Shown here: piece by piece, positions 12,500 through 26,273 of the stretch | How positions within the stretch are numbered: position 1 is the first letter of the stretch | Layout of the letters: each line of letters starts with the position of its first letter | Origin: Dipteris shenzhenensis | Taxonomy: Eukaryota | DNA length: 64,000 nt | Direction: 5' to 3' (one strand) | Assembly: GCA_047967505.1 (NCBI GenBank) | Contig: CM106538.1 | Program-made: the position numbers and the translations under genes | The notes under the pieces: generated by a model | Database searches by the model: none | What the model saw: only the letters and a program-made list of their open reading frames with translations | What the model was told of the DNA's origin: nothing

Positions 12500-12780
12500 C
12501 ATAAGAGGTAAGGGAGCAAAGGGGAGAGAGAAGGAAAGTTGCTGGGAGGGGGGGGGGAGGAAAGGGAGGAAAGGGGATAGAGAAGGAAAGGGAGGAAAGG
12601 GGAGAGAGAAGAAAGGGGAAGAGAGGAAGGGGAAAGAGGGAGGAAAGGGGAGAGAGAAAAAGAAAAGGGAGAGAGGGGAGGAAAGCAAAGAGAGGAAGGG
12701 AAAAGAGGGAGGAAAGGGGGGAGAGGAAAAGGGAGTGAGGGGGAGAAAAGAGCTTGGAAGGGAAGAGGGAGGGAGTTTCA
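12500..12780 (+). repeat. Polypurine (G/A) low-complexity tract
   Basis: Almost purely G/A; the ORFs here are compositional artefacts. Confidence 0.9.
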
Positions 12781-13479
12781 TTTTCTATCCCAAGCCGATC
12801 TCTTCCCTATGCCTCTACCCCTCCCCCTCTTCCCTATCGCATGTAGAAAATAGGGAAAAAAACCATAGATGAAGCTTTGAAAGGAGGAGGGAAAACAAGA
12901 AGATCCATACCTAGAACTTGAAAAATGCAACTTCTTAGAAGAGTGTCCTCGTTTCTCCTTGCTGCCCACAATGCCTTTGATGTAAGAAGTGGGCGGAGGT
13001 GGTTGCAAAGTCTGAAGGGGAGAGAGAGTGAGGGATGCTAGATGGAAGAGGGCAATTAGTAGTGATGCGGAATAGGGGAGTAGGTGTTATTTGGGTCTTG
13101 ATAGCGTCGAAAAATAGTTGCTAAAAGCATCAAAAAATACATTATGTTTTTTTTTTTGCTTTATCTCTACAAACCTTTATTTTTTCAATTATCTATGTGT
13201 TTGATTCAGCTGCAATTCATTAGAAAGTTTTAAAAGTGATAATCAAACTTAGTTCAATGTAATTTTGGGACCTAAGGGGCCTTCGAATATGTTTTTCCTA
13301 TTTTGTAATCACACCTTCAGTGAATCTAAAACATTATTTATAGGCACCGATGGTCATAATGGGACCAAACTTGACAAGACTTTACATAGTGATGGCGCAA
13401 ATATTCACCAAGGTTTTATGCCATTTGGATTATCATGATGCCTTCTTTTAGGGTGCGTATCAATGTTAATACTACACAA

Positions 13480-15080
13480 AGGGATGGGGTTTGCAAATGT
13501 GGCAAATGATGTTGTATATCTTGTAGAGGCCTTAAACTAGGTATGGTCAAGGATTGAGAAAAGTATCATAGCCATCTTACGTCATGTTCCCCATTTGCAA
13601 AGACCAATCCCTTGTTTTTATAAGTGTGTCATGCATGAGTGTCAAAAAACAAGGAATTGCGGCTTTGCACATGGGGCAGATGATGTTGGATGGCTATGAG
13701 ACTTTGCATGGGCCTTTAAAAATTTGAATTCTTGATCATACATAATGGGACCCAATGGCCATGAGCATTTTCACAAGCCACAAGTCCCGTGCAAAGTATC
13801 ATGGCCATCGGGTCCCATTTGCATGGTCAAGAAGGAATATTTCCATGTTTCTGCCCATGCATCATTTACAATGGTACAAAAAATGATCTCGAGGCATGCA
13901 AATGAGATGTGATGGCCATGATACTTTGCACAAGTCTCAAAATATTGATCTACGTCTTCTGCAAACTATCATGGCCATCGGGTCCCATTTGCATGCCTAC
14001 AAGACCTTTGAGGCCTTTTTTTGTTCCATCATAAAGGATGATGTATGGGCAAAAACATGGAAATGTTCATTCAAGGCCATGTAAATAAGACGGGATGGCC
14101 ACATGTGATACTTTGTAAGGCCCTCCAACTAGGTAAGTTTAAGGCATGTGCAAAGTTTCATGGCCATCGGGTCCCATCTACATGATTAAGAATGAACCTT
14201 TCCATGTTTTTGCCCGTTTTTGCCCATCCATCCTCTACAATGGTACAAAAACATGAAAATGTTCATTCTTAACCATGCAAATGGGACCCTATGTCCACGA
14301 GCCTTTGCACCCGACTCAAACTAGGTGAGTTTAAGGGTTGTGCAAAGTATCATGGCCATCAGGTTCCATTTGCATGGTCAAGAATGAACATTTCCATGTT
14401 TTTGCTTGCGCATCCTCTACAATGGTATAAAAAATGGCCTCGAACGTCTTCTAGGCATGCAAATGGGACGTGATGGCCATGATACTCTTCATGGGCCTTA
14501 AAATAGTTTTATTTAAGGCCCTTGCAAAGTATCATGGCCATCGAGTCCCATTTACATGCATTTACACGGTCAAGAATAAACATTTTCATGTTTTTGTCCA
14601 TGCATCCTCAACAACAGTACAAAAAATGGCCTCAAAGGTCCTCTAGGCATGCAAATGGGGCGCGATGGCCATGATACTTTGCATGGGCCTCAAAATAGGT
14701 GGATTTAAGGACCGTACAAAGTATCATGACCATCGCGTCCCAGTTGCATGGTCAAGAATGAACATTTCCATGTTTTTGTCCATGCATCCTCGATAATGAT
14801 TCAAAAAATGGCCTCGAAGGTCTTCTAAGCATGCAAGAGCATGAAAATGGGACACGGGCCTCAAAATAGGTGTATTTAAGACCCGTGCAAAGTATCATGG
14901 CCATCGAGTCCCATTTGCATGCCTAGAAGACCTTCAAGGCCTTTTTTTGTACCATCATAGTGGATGCATGGGCCAAAACATGGAAATGTTCATTCAACAC
15001 CATGCAAATGGGGCGGCAAACTAGGTGAGTTTAAGGCCCATGCAAAGTATGATGCTCGTATGATGACCATCGGGTCCATC
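13480..15080. repeat. Tandem array of ~170-190-bp units with an internal inverted repeat
   Basis: TGCAAAGTATCATGGCCATCGGGTCCCATTTGCATG alternates with its reverse complement; forward cores near 13790, 13960, 14149, 14341, 14523, 14716, 14886, 15041. Confidence 0.9.
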
Positions 15081-15159
15081 TTCAGGGGTAGAATCATGTC
15101 CGTGCTTTTTTTTAAACACCTATGCATGATCCATGGTGAAAATAAAGGAGATATGCTAT

Positions 15160-15765
15160 CTGCTTTGCATCAAAAGGTTTTCAATCCACATAAAACTTTG
15201 TTATCGAGGGTATGAAAACCCCATAACTTAAAGGGTGCCTTTGCTTTGAAAGAAAAACAAAGATGCATGATTGGCACAAAATGATACAGGTAACCTTATT
15301 TCTATGCACTTGATTTGCAAAAATAAAAAGAACTCTTGATTCTATTCTGCTAACACATGATTGTTACTATAGTATGCACTTCCAATTGCTTTACGGGGAT
15401 GCAGTATTAAAGATGTGTCAAATGCCCTCAACAAGCTCAGTATATTTGTGAGATATGTCAAAGGGTTTGCTAGTGCATGTCTTATTTCCCTTCTCATTGC
15501 AAAAGTTAGTTACGTTGCTTACCAATGGATAAATGCAGGATGATATCATGAAAAGAAATCAAGAAATCATCCATTCCAGAATTGAGATTTATCGCCATCG
15601 AAGCCGTATGTTTGATTGAAAAGGCATTTCCAACAAGTATCATCGACATCCAATTGCATCGACTTGTGCATTTGGCTGATGAAGTAGCATATGAAGGCAC
15701 TTTACATGGCCCAGGAAGTGTTTAGGAAGGTGTTGAAACGGTATGTAAGACAAAAAGCAATGTTT
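15160..15765 (+). mobile_element. CACTA/En-Spm transposase (Tnp2/TnpD C-terminal region) fragment with introns
   Basis: Manual translation: MHDWHKMIQ|gt, ALPIALRG, AVCLIEKAFPTSIIDIQLHRLVHLADEV..G, KVLKRYVRQKA. Confidence 0.8.
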
Positions 15766-15997
15766 TACATTAGGGAGTTTCTTGTACAACTCGTGCCAGA
15801 CATGCCTCGATAGAACGCAATACCCTAGATTCTGTCCTTTAGAAGGCAATACCCTAGAGTCTGTCCTTTGCCGACCGTCCAGAGAAAGCCCAAATGGATG
15901 CCACGTGGAGCCCACATGGAAGCGTTTCTCCAAGCACGAGGACTAGTCTTACAAAATCTACTCTGTCGTGTGTGTGTGTGTTTTTTTTTTCCTCACC

Positions 15998-17629
15998 ATG
16001 GCTAAAGCTTGCAAAACCATGTGCTGCTGCTGCAAATGCATCCTCTCGTCGTCTCACGACCCCAGCTTCACCCAATGGCTCAAATCTCTGAGACGACGCA
16101 TCCACGAGCACCCCGAGCTCAAATTCCAAGAGTTCGACACCAGCGCCTTGATCAGATCAGAGCTGGATCAACTCCAAGTCGCCTACCGATCTCCCTTTGC
16201 TGAGACTGGAGTGGTAGCGAGCATAGGCACCGGGCATCCCCCCTTCGTTGCACTCCGAGCGGATATGGATGCCTTAGCGTTGCAGGTCAGGATTTTTCTC
16301 CGAATCCATGAGGTCAGATCAATTGAATGCTTCTTCGCTAAGCTTGCAGGGCTTTTGCCATTTAGCAGGAGCTTGTGGAATGGGAGCACAAGAGCAAACG
16401 GGATGGAAAGATGCACGCCTGCGGCCATGACGCGCATGTGGCAATGCTGCTGGGAGCAGCGAAACTGTTACAGGACCGGGCGCATCTCTTAAAGGTGTGT
16501 GTGGAGTTCTGAGCCGTCGATGTGCTGGCGGATTAGAAAGGAGAGTGTGAAAGAATTTTGGGAAGAAGATAATGTTCGCAAGAAATCTTCTGCTTAACCG
16601 ATTTAATTGTGCTTTCTTGATAAGGCAGGGAACGGTGCTGCTTCTATTTCAGCCGGCAGAGGAGGGAGGTGCGGGAGCGAAACGAATGGTGGAGGAAGGC
16701 GCACTGGGCAACGCGGAGGCGATCTTCGCACTGCATGTCACGCATGACCTGCCGGCGGGAAAATGGGCCTCCAAGCCAGCACACATGTTAGCAGGCGGTG
16801 GCAAGTTCGAAGCAACAATCGAAGGCAGAGGTGGGCATGCAGGTATTCCACACAAGGCAATAGATCCCATCGTTGCTGCAGCATCCGTCATCTCCAGCTT
16901 GCAGACCATCATCTCCAGGGAAGCCGACCCGCTCGACGGTCAGGTTTGCTCTCTCGCACCGATGCAAACATTTCTTGCAAAACAGGCGTATCCACATTCG
17001 CTTGTTTCAAGTTCACAATCGTTTCTGTGGCGGACAGGTGATTTCGGTGTGCTACATCAAGGGGGGTGAGGCTTACAACGTGCTGCCAAGTTCCGTAGTC
17101 TTGGGAGGAACTTATCGAGTGATGGAAAATCAAAATCTAATCAAGCTGAAGGACAGAATCGGAGAGGTAACTCACTGTGTAGGACATATATATAGACTGT
17201 CAGCTGCCATATGCTGGCACCTTTCTCATCTAAAGTTGCAATTCGCAGGTCATCAGAGCGCAAGCTGCAGTACATGGGTGCAAAGCTATGGTAGATTTTG
17301 ACGAGCAGAACCGGCCGGTATATCCTGCTCTGCTAAACGACGAGAAATCGTATGAATTTGCCCGAAAAGTAGCCATTGATCTTCTAGGTGAGAGCAATGT
17401 GATCCGTATACCTACGCCGGCGATGGCTTCTGAAGATTTTCCATTCTACCTAGAGAAAGTGCCAGGTGCGTTTGCCGTAGTAGGATGTGCACCGGCAGCC
17501 GCCAACGGGAAAGCGCACTGCGTGCACTCTCCGTATTTTGTTCTGGATGAGGATGTGCTGCCAGTGGGCGCAGCTCTTCACACCGCTACAGCAGAACGGT
17601 ACCTTGCTGAACATCACCCTATCCATTAG
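15998..17629 (+). CDS. IAA-amino acid hydrolase ILR1-like (M20 amidohydrolase, ILR1/ILL/IAR3 family), 412 aa; exons 15998-16285, 16369-16494, 16629-16943, 17038-17166, 17249-17629
   Basis: [54 protein letters not shown] and HSPYF motifs; four GT-AG phase-0 introns; the spliced frame is uninterrupted. Confidence 0.96.
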
Positions 17630-17951
17630 ATTCTTCTCTTCACAAAGAAACTCGTGTTGGAATAAATTCTGTCTTAACGTCGCTTGTCGATTGTAACGAC
17701 AATCCGTTTCATGGATTGGGAACGCAGAACAGAGCAATTATACATGATGATTTGCATCTTGTCTTCTTTTGTTTCGTCTGATCGCTTTCTATTCAAAACT
17801 CTCTAATATTAGTAATCGAAATACCATAATATTAGTAATCGAAATGGTATCAAGCACTTTGATGAGTTTGATCCATCTCGAACCTCACGTACACGAAGAT
17901 TAAGAGATGCTCCAGTTCGAACGACGACGATGGTGGACGAGTGTTGAAGAA

Positions 17952-18015
17952 GCTCAACCGATTGAATGGGTTCTTCATCAAGTGCTCAACCGATTGAATG
18001 GGTTCTTCATCAAGT
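17952..18015 (+). repeat. Exact 32-bp tandem duplication
   Basis: GCTCAACCGATTGAATGGGTTCTTCATCAAGT twice. Confidence 0.9.
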
Positions 18016-18537
18016 GCCTCGTAATTCGTGAAGAGTGCTGAAGCCTTGATGATTTCATCGAATTATCACCTCTGGAGGGTGCAACGCTCCAAGGCTCAAG
18101 CCAAAGACCTGTGGCGCAAAGTGAAGCCTCCTAAGAGGCCGTCAGCATGCGCCATCTTCGTCGGCGTGGGACGACGGTGTGGGCGGTCCCTATGCGTTGC
18201 AGATAGGGATAATGCACCAACCAATGATGACAGGGTAGGGGGTGCGTAGGGGTACCCCTGACCTCCCATTCGAAGACGATGGCAACGTGGTGGTTGGGAG
18301 ACGAGCTGTCGCTAGTCGTGCCGTTCGTTGCATGGTGGCGCCGCCTCCTCCATGTCAATACGCTACATTGCATGGCAACGAGAGCCATAAGCTCCTTGCC
18401 ATGCATGAATGCAACGAGAGCCACAACCTCCCGTCACCCTGTCTCCATTCTTCCTTGCCTCCCTCCTCGCCACTCCAAGCTCGTCGACGACGCCATGTCC
18501 AACTCCACGCCCACGATGGTCGACCTGAACGAGTAAT

Positions 18538-19977
18538 ATGATAACTACGATGCGGAGGAGTTTGTGCCCAGCACTCAGGGGACTGAAGACATGGACACCT
18601 TGCATGAGGAGGACAGCGCCAGTCGATTCATCCTCCTCTCGCCATGAATTAATCGGAGGGCATGACCCTGTACAGCTTAGAGGAGGCTATGAAGTTCGTG
18701 GAGGGTTGGATAGCTATCGTGGAGGTGCAGCAGCAATAGCGATGGGCACTGTCCTCGCAAGTGCATCTTTCATCCTCCCTTTACCACCTGGCGATTGGAC
18801 GTATCAAGCACATCCAAAACCCAACCTGTATCGTCCTCCTGCTCCTGCCCTTCTGTGTACTCCCAACGCTCCTTCTAGCCTTCTTCCTCTCAACACTCTC
18901 TCTGGCCGCCCTCCATCCTGTCCTGCGAAGCTAGCCTATGTGACACCTTCCAGCCGCCCCCCTCCCCTCTTGCCTGCTCGAGCTACTCTCCCCTCTTCCA
19001 TGCCCAGACTCATCTCCTCTGATGAGTCACAAGGCACGCAGATCACTCAGGCTACACCTGCAAAAGGAGGAGCACAAGGACAACAGAACTGGCGGGTTCA
19101 AGATGTGCTCATCCTCATAGAGAAGAAAAAGGAGATGGAGATTGAATGTCACGAGGGTGGAATTTGTGCTTGCATGAAGGATCGATGGCACTACATTTCG
19201 GAGCTTTGCATTGCAGCGAGAGTGCAACGTTCGAAGATGCAATGCAAGTCCAAATGGGGGAAATTGAATGGTGTCTTTTATCGCATCTACGACTATGAAC
19301 AGAACATACCATCCGGACGCTCTAGTTACTGGAACATGACAGCTGAGGAGAGGAGGGTCGCTTGCCTCCCTATGGATGACTTGCCCGAAGAGGTTTACAA
19401 GAAGCTCGTCTCTTTCTTTGGTGGAGACCAAGATGTTAATCTTGGTCTTATCCTCTTTCACTCGGGTTCTAAGGAAGGCGCCCCGCATGGTGGTGATTAT
19501 GAATAATCTATATGCACATCTTGCTTTGCATCTCTTGAACTTCTTCCTCTCATTGTTGAACAAAGCTTTCTAACTTCATTGTTGCATCCTTCATTGTTTT
19601 GTAGATGAATCAAGCCCTTCCACTCCAATCTTTAGCAACAGCCAGTCCGCACGGGAGGGAGATGAAGATGCTGACTCGGGAGGAGTACGATGCAAGAAGG
19701 CCAAGCGCATTGCTGTCAATCTGAAGGAGTTGGTGGACACGGCCAAGAACATGGTGGACATGCTGGAGAAATGCGAGCTAGGAGCACTCGCTTCATTGAT
19801 GCTGAGACTAGCAAGGACAACCGCTACGCTGCGACATGGCTATAGAAGATGGAGGCCATAGAGGCCCAACGTTTGCAAGTTCAATGGGAGAGCACTCAAG
19901 CTGTGTGCGGAGTTTTGAATAGGATCTCCAACTCTATTGGTGCTTTCCTACTTCGAGGGAAAGATGGGAACATATAG
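18538..19977 (+). pseudogene. Myb/SANT-like (trihelix GT-type) DNA-binding protein, probably disrupted
   Basis: NWRVQDVLILIEKK...RWHYIS...RSKMQCKSKWGKL...IYDYE...SYWNMTAEERR..LP; a second exon from ~19605 has a frameshift and a stop; start uncertain. Confidence 0.75.
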
Positions 19978-20127
19978 AGATCCTTTTCTTCCACTAGACT
20001 ATTCTTCAAGATGTATTTGACTCTTGGGTTCGCCTCTTGGACAACCTACCTATAAGATTGCAACATGTCCATATGGTTGGAATATTTGATGTTGGAATAT
20101 GTGTATGTGTGAGTACTCCACACCTCA

Positions 20128-21878
20128 CTATGGTACTACGGCATCCCCTCTTTGCCTTTGCTTTTCTGCAATAGAGTCAAATACTTCGAGCTTTGTCAAG
20201 CCCATTGGAAGGTGCATTTCAGTGACCGCGTCACCGTTAGGGAGTTTGGTAGATTTATGGGGTTGAGGTAAAGCATTTTCATGTATGAAGTCTTGCAAAA
20301 TTGCTGCTGCCCTGACAGTTGAGATTCTTGATTTGGACCTTCCCCTATTACCGTGAATGCTAAATTTGTTGCCGCCCTTTGCCTTGGTAACTAAATCCCA
20401 ATATGTACCATGGGATAATCCAGTAATATTGCGATATGCCTTATTGCAAGTCTTTTTTCCATTTACGAGAGGTTTTACCTTTTGTCTTGAACTTAGCCTT
20501 TTATTGCCATTCTGAAGAAAGCAAGAGAGACTTGTGAGAAGGTATTCATTTCTTTCGCTTCCTCTTCTTTACCACACGTGTCCTCTACATTCCCTGATGT
20601 CTGGAAGATCAATGAAGCGCATACATCTTCACTTGCAACATAGATATCCCAATGCATTTAACATGTTCTCCTCCTTCATTACTCTCTTTCTCTTTGGTTG
20701 CTTTTGTGGATATGCCTAGATTCGCTTTCTCTTCATGCATATGTATGACCGTTTTCGTTCCTCGTGCACGTTGTTATCTATATTTATGCACTTCTTTTCC
20801 TCACATTTGTTTGTAACCAAGCATCCATGATTGGTCGTTGCATCCTTGGCCATATCACAATCAAAGTTAAATACTGAATAATCCTCTGTTGATCTCATCC
20901 TCGTTTTTAACATACTCTTAGGACCATTCAATGAATTCAATATTCTACGAGAGTATTGAGAACCTTGAAACTCTTCCACTCCTGAGAGAACATTGCTCAT
21001 TGGGACATCTTGCATGGCTTTCACAAATCCACAAGCTTGATTGACACCAGGTTTGTTAATATGCATGAACTCATCCACACTTGACAAGACATCACTATTG
21101 AAACCTTTGCCCTTCTCACTATGCAAGAATTCATCCACCCCAGATAAGGCTTCGCTTCTAAAATCATTTTGTTTCTCGGAACCAATTAACTCATCCACTC
21201 CAGATAAGATGTCACTTCTATAATTGAGTACATTGAAATTGAATCCACGTTTGAAGTGATAGAGCCTGGCACATGGGCATGCTTTTTAGGTCCTTTGATA
21301 TTGTAGTATACCTTGTCTTTATCATTGAAAACCACGTGCCTCTTTCTCATGTTTAAAAATTGCATGCTCCATCTCATATTCTTACTTACCTCATAGTAGG
21401 GATCACATAAGGATGTTATGTTATCAACCATACCATCATCAGTGACTTTTAAAATCCTCATCTGTGCAAATGACCATTGCTCCACTTGTTCAAATCCCAA
21501 TACTTCACCTTCTGCTATAGTCTTATTTGCAAATGATCTCATTTGCAAAATGTTCCCTATAGTAAAATCCAAGGTGGTGCACTTTGTATTCTTGATAATG
21601 TCTATTGCATAAGTCTCGTCTTTGTCCCATGCTATAAATAATTTGTTGGATGTATTGTAGGGCATAACATCTCCAAGTGTTTCCATATCTCCACATTTAT
21701 ACTTTAGCTCAACATATGCGCTAAGAATCTTTGATACAGTAACTGCCACCTTATCTTCGCCAAGTCTTCAAAAGTGGCAAACTGAATTGGGATCACTATC
21801 ATGGATTGTAGCAAATGCAACTACTTCTCTTTTGCTACATAAAATCACATCCATCCCTGGAACAAAATCTATAGCCAT
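20128..21878 (-). pseudogene. N-terminal half of a Sola-like transposase (3'-truncated)
   Basis: Manual translation below ORF 20716: LCCK*RCM...KTCNKAYRNITGLS...HGNRG...LPQPHK...MHLPMGLTKLEVF. Upstream are repeated LSGVDE peptides and a VVAFATI..DP..VCHF.LG segment. Confidence 0.6.
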
Positions 21879-24682
21879 CTCCTTTGTGAGAGTCCTTTGC
21901 AAGCAAGCTACAGCAGCAACAATTACATAAATATTAGTCTCTCTTTAATAATCTACTCATTTATTATAATTTTTAATTAGTACTTAATTTATTGGTGGGA
22001 GAAGTTATCCGATCAATTACTCATCAGATGGACACACCACTTTGCATGCAACTCAATAATACCTACATTGAGGTGCATGCAAAGTATTGTGCCCATCGGC
22101 TATGCTTTGCATGGTATATCACGCATTAAATGCCATTTGTGCCTCAGTGTCATACACAACCATAAAAAACACAGTCCTAGCTATGTTATTCAAACAAGTA
22201 CTTATCGGATGGGGGCTCCACTTTGCACGCAAGTCAAGTTCAACTAAGTTGAGGTGTGTGCAAACTATTGTGACCATCGGATATGCGTTGCATGGTCGAT
22301 CATGCATTAGATATGCACATTTGTAAAAAAACATGCCCTTAGGTGTGTTATACAACCAAGTACTTATCATATGGGTGTGCCTCTTTGCAAACAAGTTAAT
22401 ACCACCTAGGTTGAGGTAAAGGTAAAGTGTTTTGCCCATCGGATATGCATTGCATGGTCAATTGAGCTTTAAATACCGTTTTTGCCTTAGTGTCAAGCAC
22501 GTTCATTTCAAAACACGCTCCTAGGTGTGTTATCCGATCAAGTACTTATTGGACGGACACGCCACTTTGCATGCAACTTAATAACACTAGGTTAAGGTGC
22601 GTGCAAAGTATTGTGCCCATCGGATATGCTTTGCGTGGTATAGATCATGCATTAAGTACCGTTTGTGCCTCAATGTCATGCACAACCATAAAAAAAATAT
22701 GCTTTTAGGTGTGTTATCCAACCAAGTGCTTATCGGATGGTGTGGCACTTTGCATGTAACTCAATACCACCGCTTTTGAGGCTCATGCAAAGTATTGTGC
22801 CCATTGGATATGCTTTGCATGGTCGAGGGAGAATTAAATACCGTTTTTGCCTTAGTGTCATGCACAACCGTCAAAAAACACGGTCCTAGAAGAGTTATTC
22901 GAACAAGTGCTTATCGGATTGGGGCACCTCTTTGCACACAAATCAATACTACCTAGGTTGAGGTGTGCGCAAAGTATTATGCCCATGGGATATGATCTAC
23001 ATTGTCAAACACGCATTATACAACATTTTCGTCCTTGTCATATGCACTACCGTCAAAAAACACGCTCCTAGGTGTGTTATCCAAACAAGTACTTATGGTA
23101 TGGGAGCATCACTTTGCATGAAACTCAACACCACATAGGTTGAGGCATATGCAAACTATTTTTTCCATTAGATATGCTTTGCATAGGCAGTCACGCATTA
23201 TGTACACCGTTTTTGCCTTAGTATCATGCACAACTGTAAAACACAAGGTCCTAGATGTGTTATTTGAACAAGTACTTATGGGATTGGCGCGCCACCTTGC
23301 ATGTAAGTCAATTCCACCTACTTTAAGGTGTGTGCGAAGTATTGTGTCCATCGGATATGCTTTGCATTGTTGATCAAGCATAAAACCCCATTTTTGCCTT
23401 AGTGAAAAAACACGGTCCTAGGTGTGTTATTCAAACAAGTACTTCTCAGATGGGAGATCCACTTTGCACGCAAGCCCCTTTCAACTAGGTTGAGGTGCAT
23501 GCAAAGTATTATGACCATCAGATATGCTATGCATGGTCGATCACGCATCATACACCGTTTTTTCCCTAATGATATGCACATCCATAAAAAGACACGCCCT
23601 TAGGTGTGTTATTTGACCAAGTACTTATTGGATGGGTGTGCCTCTTTGAAAACAAGTCAATGCTACCTAGGTTGAGGTGTAGGAAAAGTATTAAGCCCAT
23701 CGGAAATGCTTTGCATGGTCGATCAAGCATTAAGTACCATTTTTGCCTTAGTGTCATGCACATCCATAAAAAAACACGCTTCTAAGTATGTTATCCGATC
23801 AAGTACTTATGGGATGGCCACACCACTTTGCATGTAAGTCAATTCCACCTATTTAAGGTTGTGCAAATTATTGTGCCCATCGGATATGCTTTGCATTATG
23901 GATCAACCATAAGACACCGTTTTTGCCTGAGTGTCATGCACAATCATAAAAAAGCACGGTCCTAGGTATGTTATTCAAACAAGTACTTCTCAGATGGGAG
24001 CTCCACTTTGCACGCAAGTCCATTTCAACTAGGTTGAGGTGCATGCAAAGTATTGTGACCATCGGATATGCTTTGCATGGTCGATCACACATTATACAAC
24101 GTTTTTCTTGTAGTGATATGCACATCCGCCAAAAAACACACACTTAGTTGTGTTATCTTACCAAGTACTTATTGGATGGGTGTGCCTCTTTGAAAACATG
24201 TCAATACCACCTAGGTTAAGGCATAGGAAAAGTATTGTTCTCATTAGATATGCTTTGCATGGTTGATCGAGCATTAAGTACCATTTTTGCCTTAGTGTCA
24301 TGCACATCCGTAAAAAAACACGCTGCTAGGTATGTTATACGATCAAGTACTTAGGGGATGGGAATGCCACTTTGCATGTCAGTCAATTCCACCTAGTTTA
24401 AGGTGTGTGCAAAGTGTTATGCCCATCGGATATCCTTTGCATTATAAAACACCATTTTTTCCTGTGTAATGCACAACCATAAAAAAACACCGTCCTAGGT
24501 ATGTTATTCGACAAGTACTTATCGGATGGGGGCTCCACTTTGCACGCAAGTCTGTTTCAACTAGATTAAGGTGCGTGCAAATTATTGTGACCATCGGATA
24601 TGCTTTGCATGGTCGATCACGCATTATACACCGTTTTTCCTGTAGTGATATGCACATCCGCAAAAAAACACGCCCTTAGGTG

Positions 24683-26273
24683 ACAGCAGAAGAAAGTGCT
24701 CCCACAATGAGGAGAGCACTTAGAAATAGAGAGAAAGAGATCCAATGGAGGGGAACTCGCAGCTCGAGGTAAAGGGATGCCAAGTGAGGAAGAATGGGTT
24801 CAAAGAGTAGACTCTAGATCACTTCAACACACTCCAAAAGGCTCCAATAGTCGGCACGCAGCTCGAAGCAGCAAGAAAACTGTTTCGAAGGGCTTTAACA
24901 GTCAGCTGGCACACAACTCGAGGCAGCTCCCAAACGCTGGTATGTTTCACGAAATAGCTCTAGAGTGCAAGAAAACTTCAAAATGGCTGTCACGAACCCC
25001 GAGGAGCAGCAAATACAGATACAACAGTTCCGTACAACAATTATGGGCCCGTAAGGCAGCCGTACTGCATTAAATGCAACCCTGACAAGTCCGTACAGTA
25101 GTTAATGCAATTGGTCCGTACAACTGTAGGACAGTAATAAATGCAGTCAAAATTCATTCGTGCAGTCTATACGACTGTACGGAATCCATACAACAGGCCG
25201 GTTCTTCACACGTGCGAGTCCGTACTATAGGAAAACAGGTCGAGGAAGTTGTGACTGCCTCAAAATGCAGCAAATGGATGAGAAAACAGCCGAAATGCAC
25301 AGCTTGAGCACTACAGACTCAATTTTCGGCGATGAAACTCCTCCAAATAGCTTCGAATCACTCCAGCTTGCTGCAAATGCCTTGAGAATGAGTTGTCCAG
25401 CAGGAATGAGAGCTCAAGAGGCTACCAAACAGCTTGGGAAAGCTGTCAATGGCTGAGGGAAAGGATTCCCGAGCTGCTCTGATACCATTGTTGGGTGTAG
25501 GAAGCAATGGAAGCTCAGAAATGAGTGCAAGAAGCGAAAAAACGAGCTGTAATCAAAATGCTGCAAGTACAAGTGAGGAGGCTTAAGGGAGAGCCAACAT
25601 AACTAACTGCTTGGACTAAGTGTCCTAACTGAGCTAGATGAAGGCACATACCAAGGAATAAGTGGCACCTATGGATAGCCCATAGAATGGCCTAGAAGGA
25701 TGAACTCTACAAAATCTCCAGCAAGGTGCTAGGATAAACATTGGATCTCTCTGCCAAAGATGGCCTCTCACAAGAGTGTGTTGCACTGCCTGTGGTGGAG
25801 GCTTCTGCTACACACTGGATGAGAAAACAGTGAGGGGTCTATATAGCCCCACTCTAGGGCCAAATTAACTGACTAAGGGGGCTGACTTTGCCCCTTGCTG
25901 CACTGATTTCTGGGCCGGCTTTGGGCCGACCGTGCCTGGCCTATAAAAGGCCCATGTGCTGGGCACATGAGCTGCTACTGCCAGGCCTATGTATAGCAAT
26001 GTAGGCCCCTCAGCTGGGCACTGCAGCTATAGGGCCCCCTTGCTGGTTGGCCTACTTATGCAGCTGACTGATCAGCCTAACTGGACCCACATGGGTTGGG
26101 TCTGGTCAGCTCTCTGGTTGTGGCTCTATCTGACCAAGCTGATTGGGGTTACCCAACCTCGTTGCGTGGCCAAACGTGGACCCCAATCCTTGCTGGTGAG
26201 GCGGCCAAATGTGGCCCTTAACAGCCTCCAAACCAGCCTCCAAACGTGGCCTGGCGAAGCCCAGACTCCAACA
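24683..26273 (-). mobile_element. 5' end of an LTR retrotransposon: LTR 25489-26273, tRNA-iMet PBS 25476-25487, leader
   Basis: TGTTGG...CCAACA termini; minus strand TGGTATCAGAGC directly after the LTR. Confidence 0.85.

Noticed and set aside
13385-13391. CACTATG on the minus strand as a Transib/RSS-heptamer-like terminus
   Set aside because: No matching inverted partner found on the other side of the transposase; a 7-mer is expected by chance
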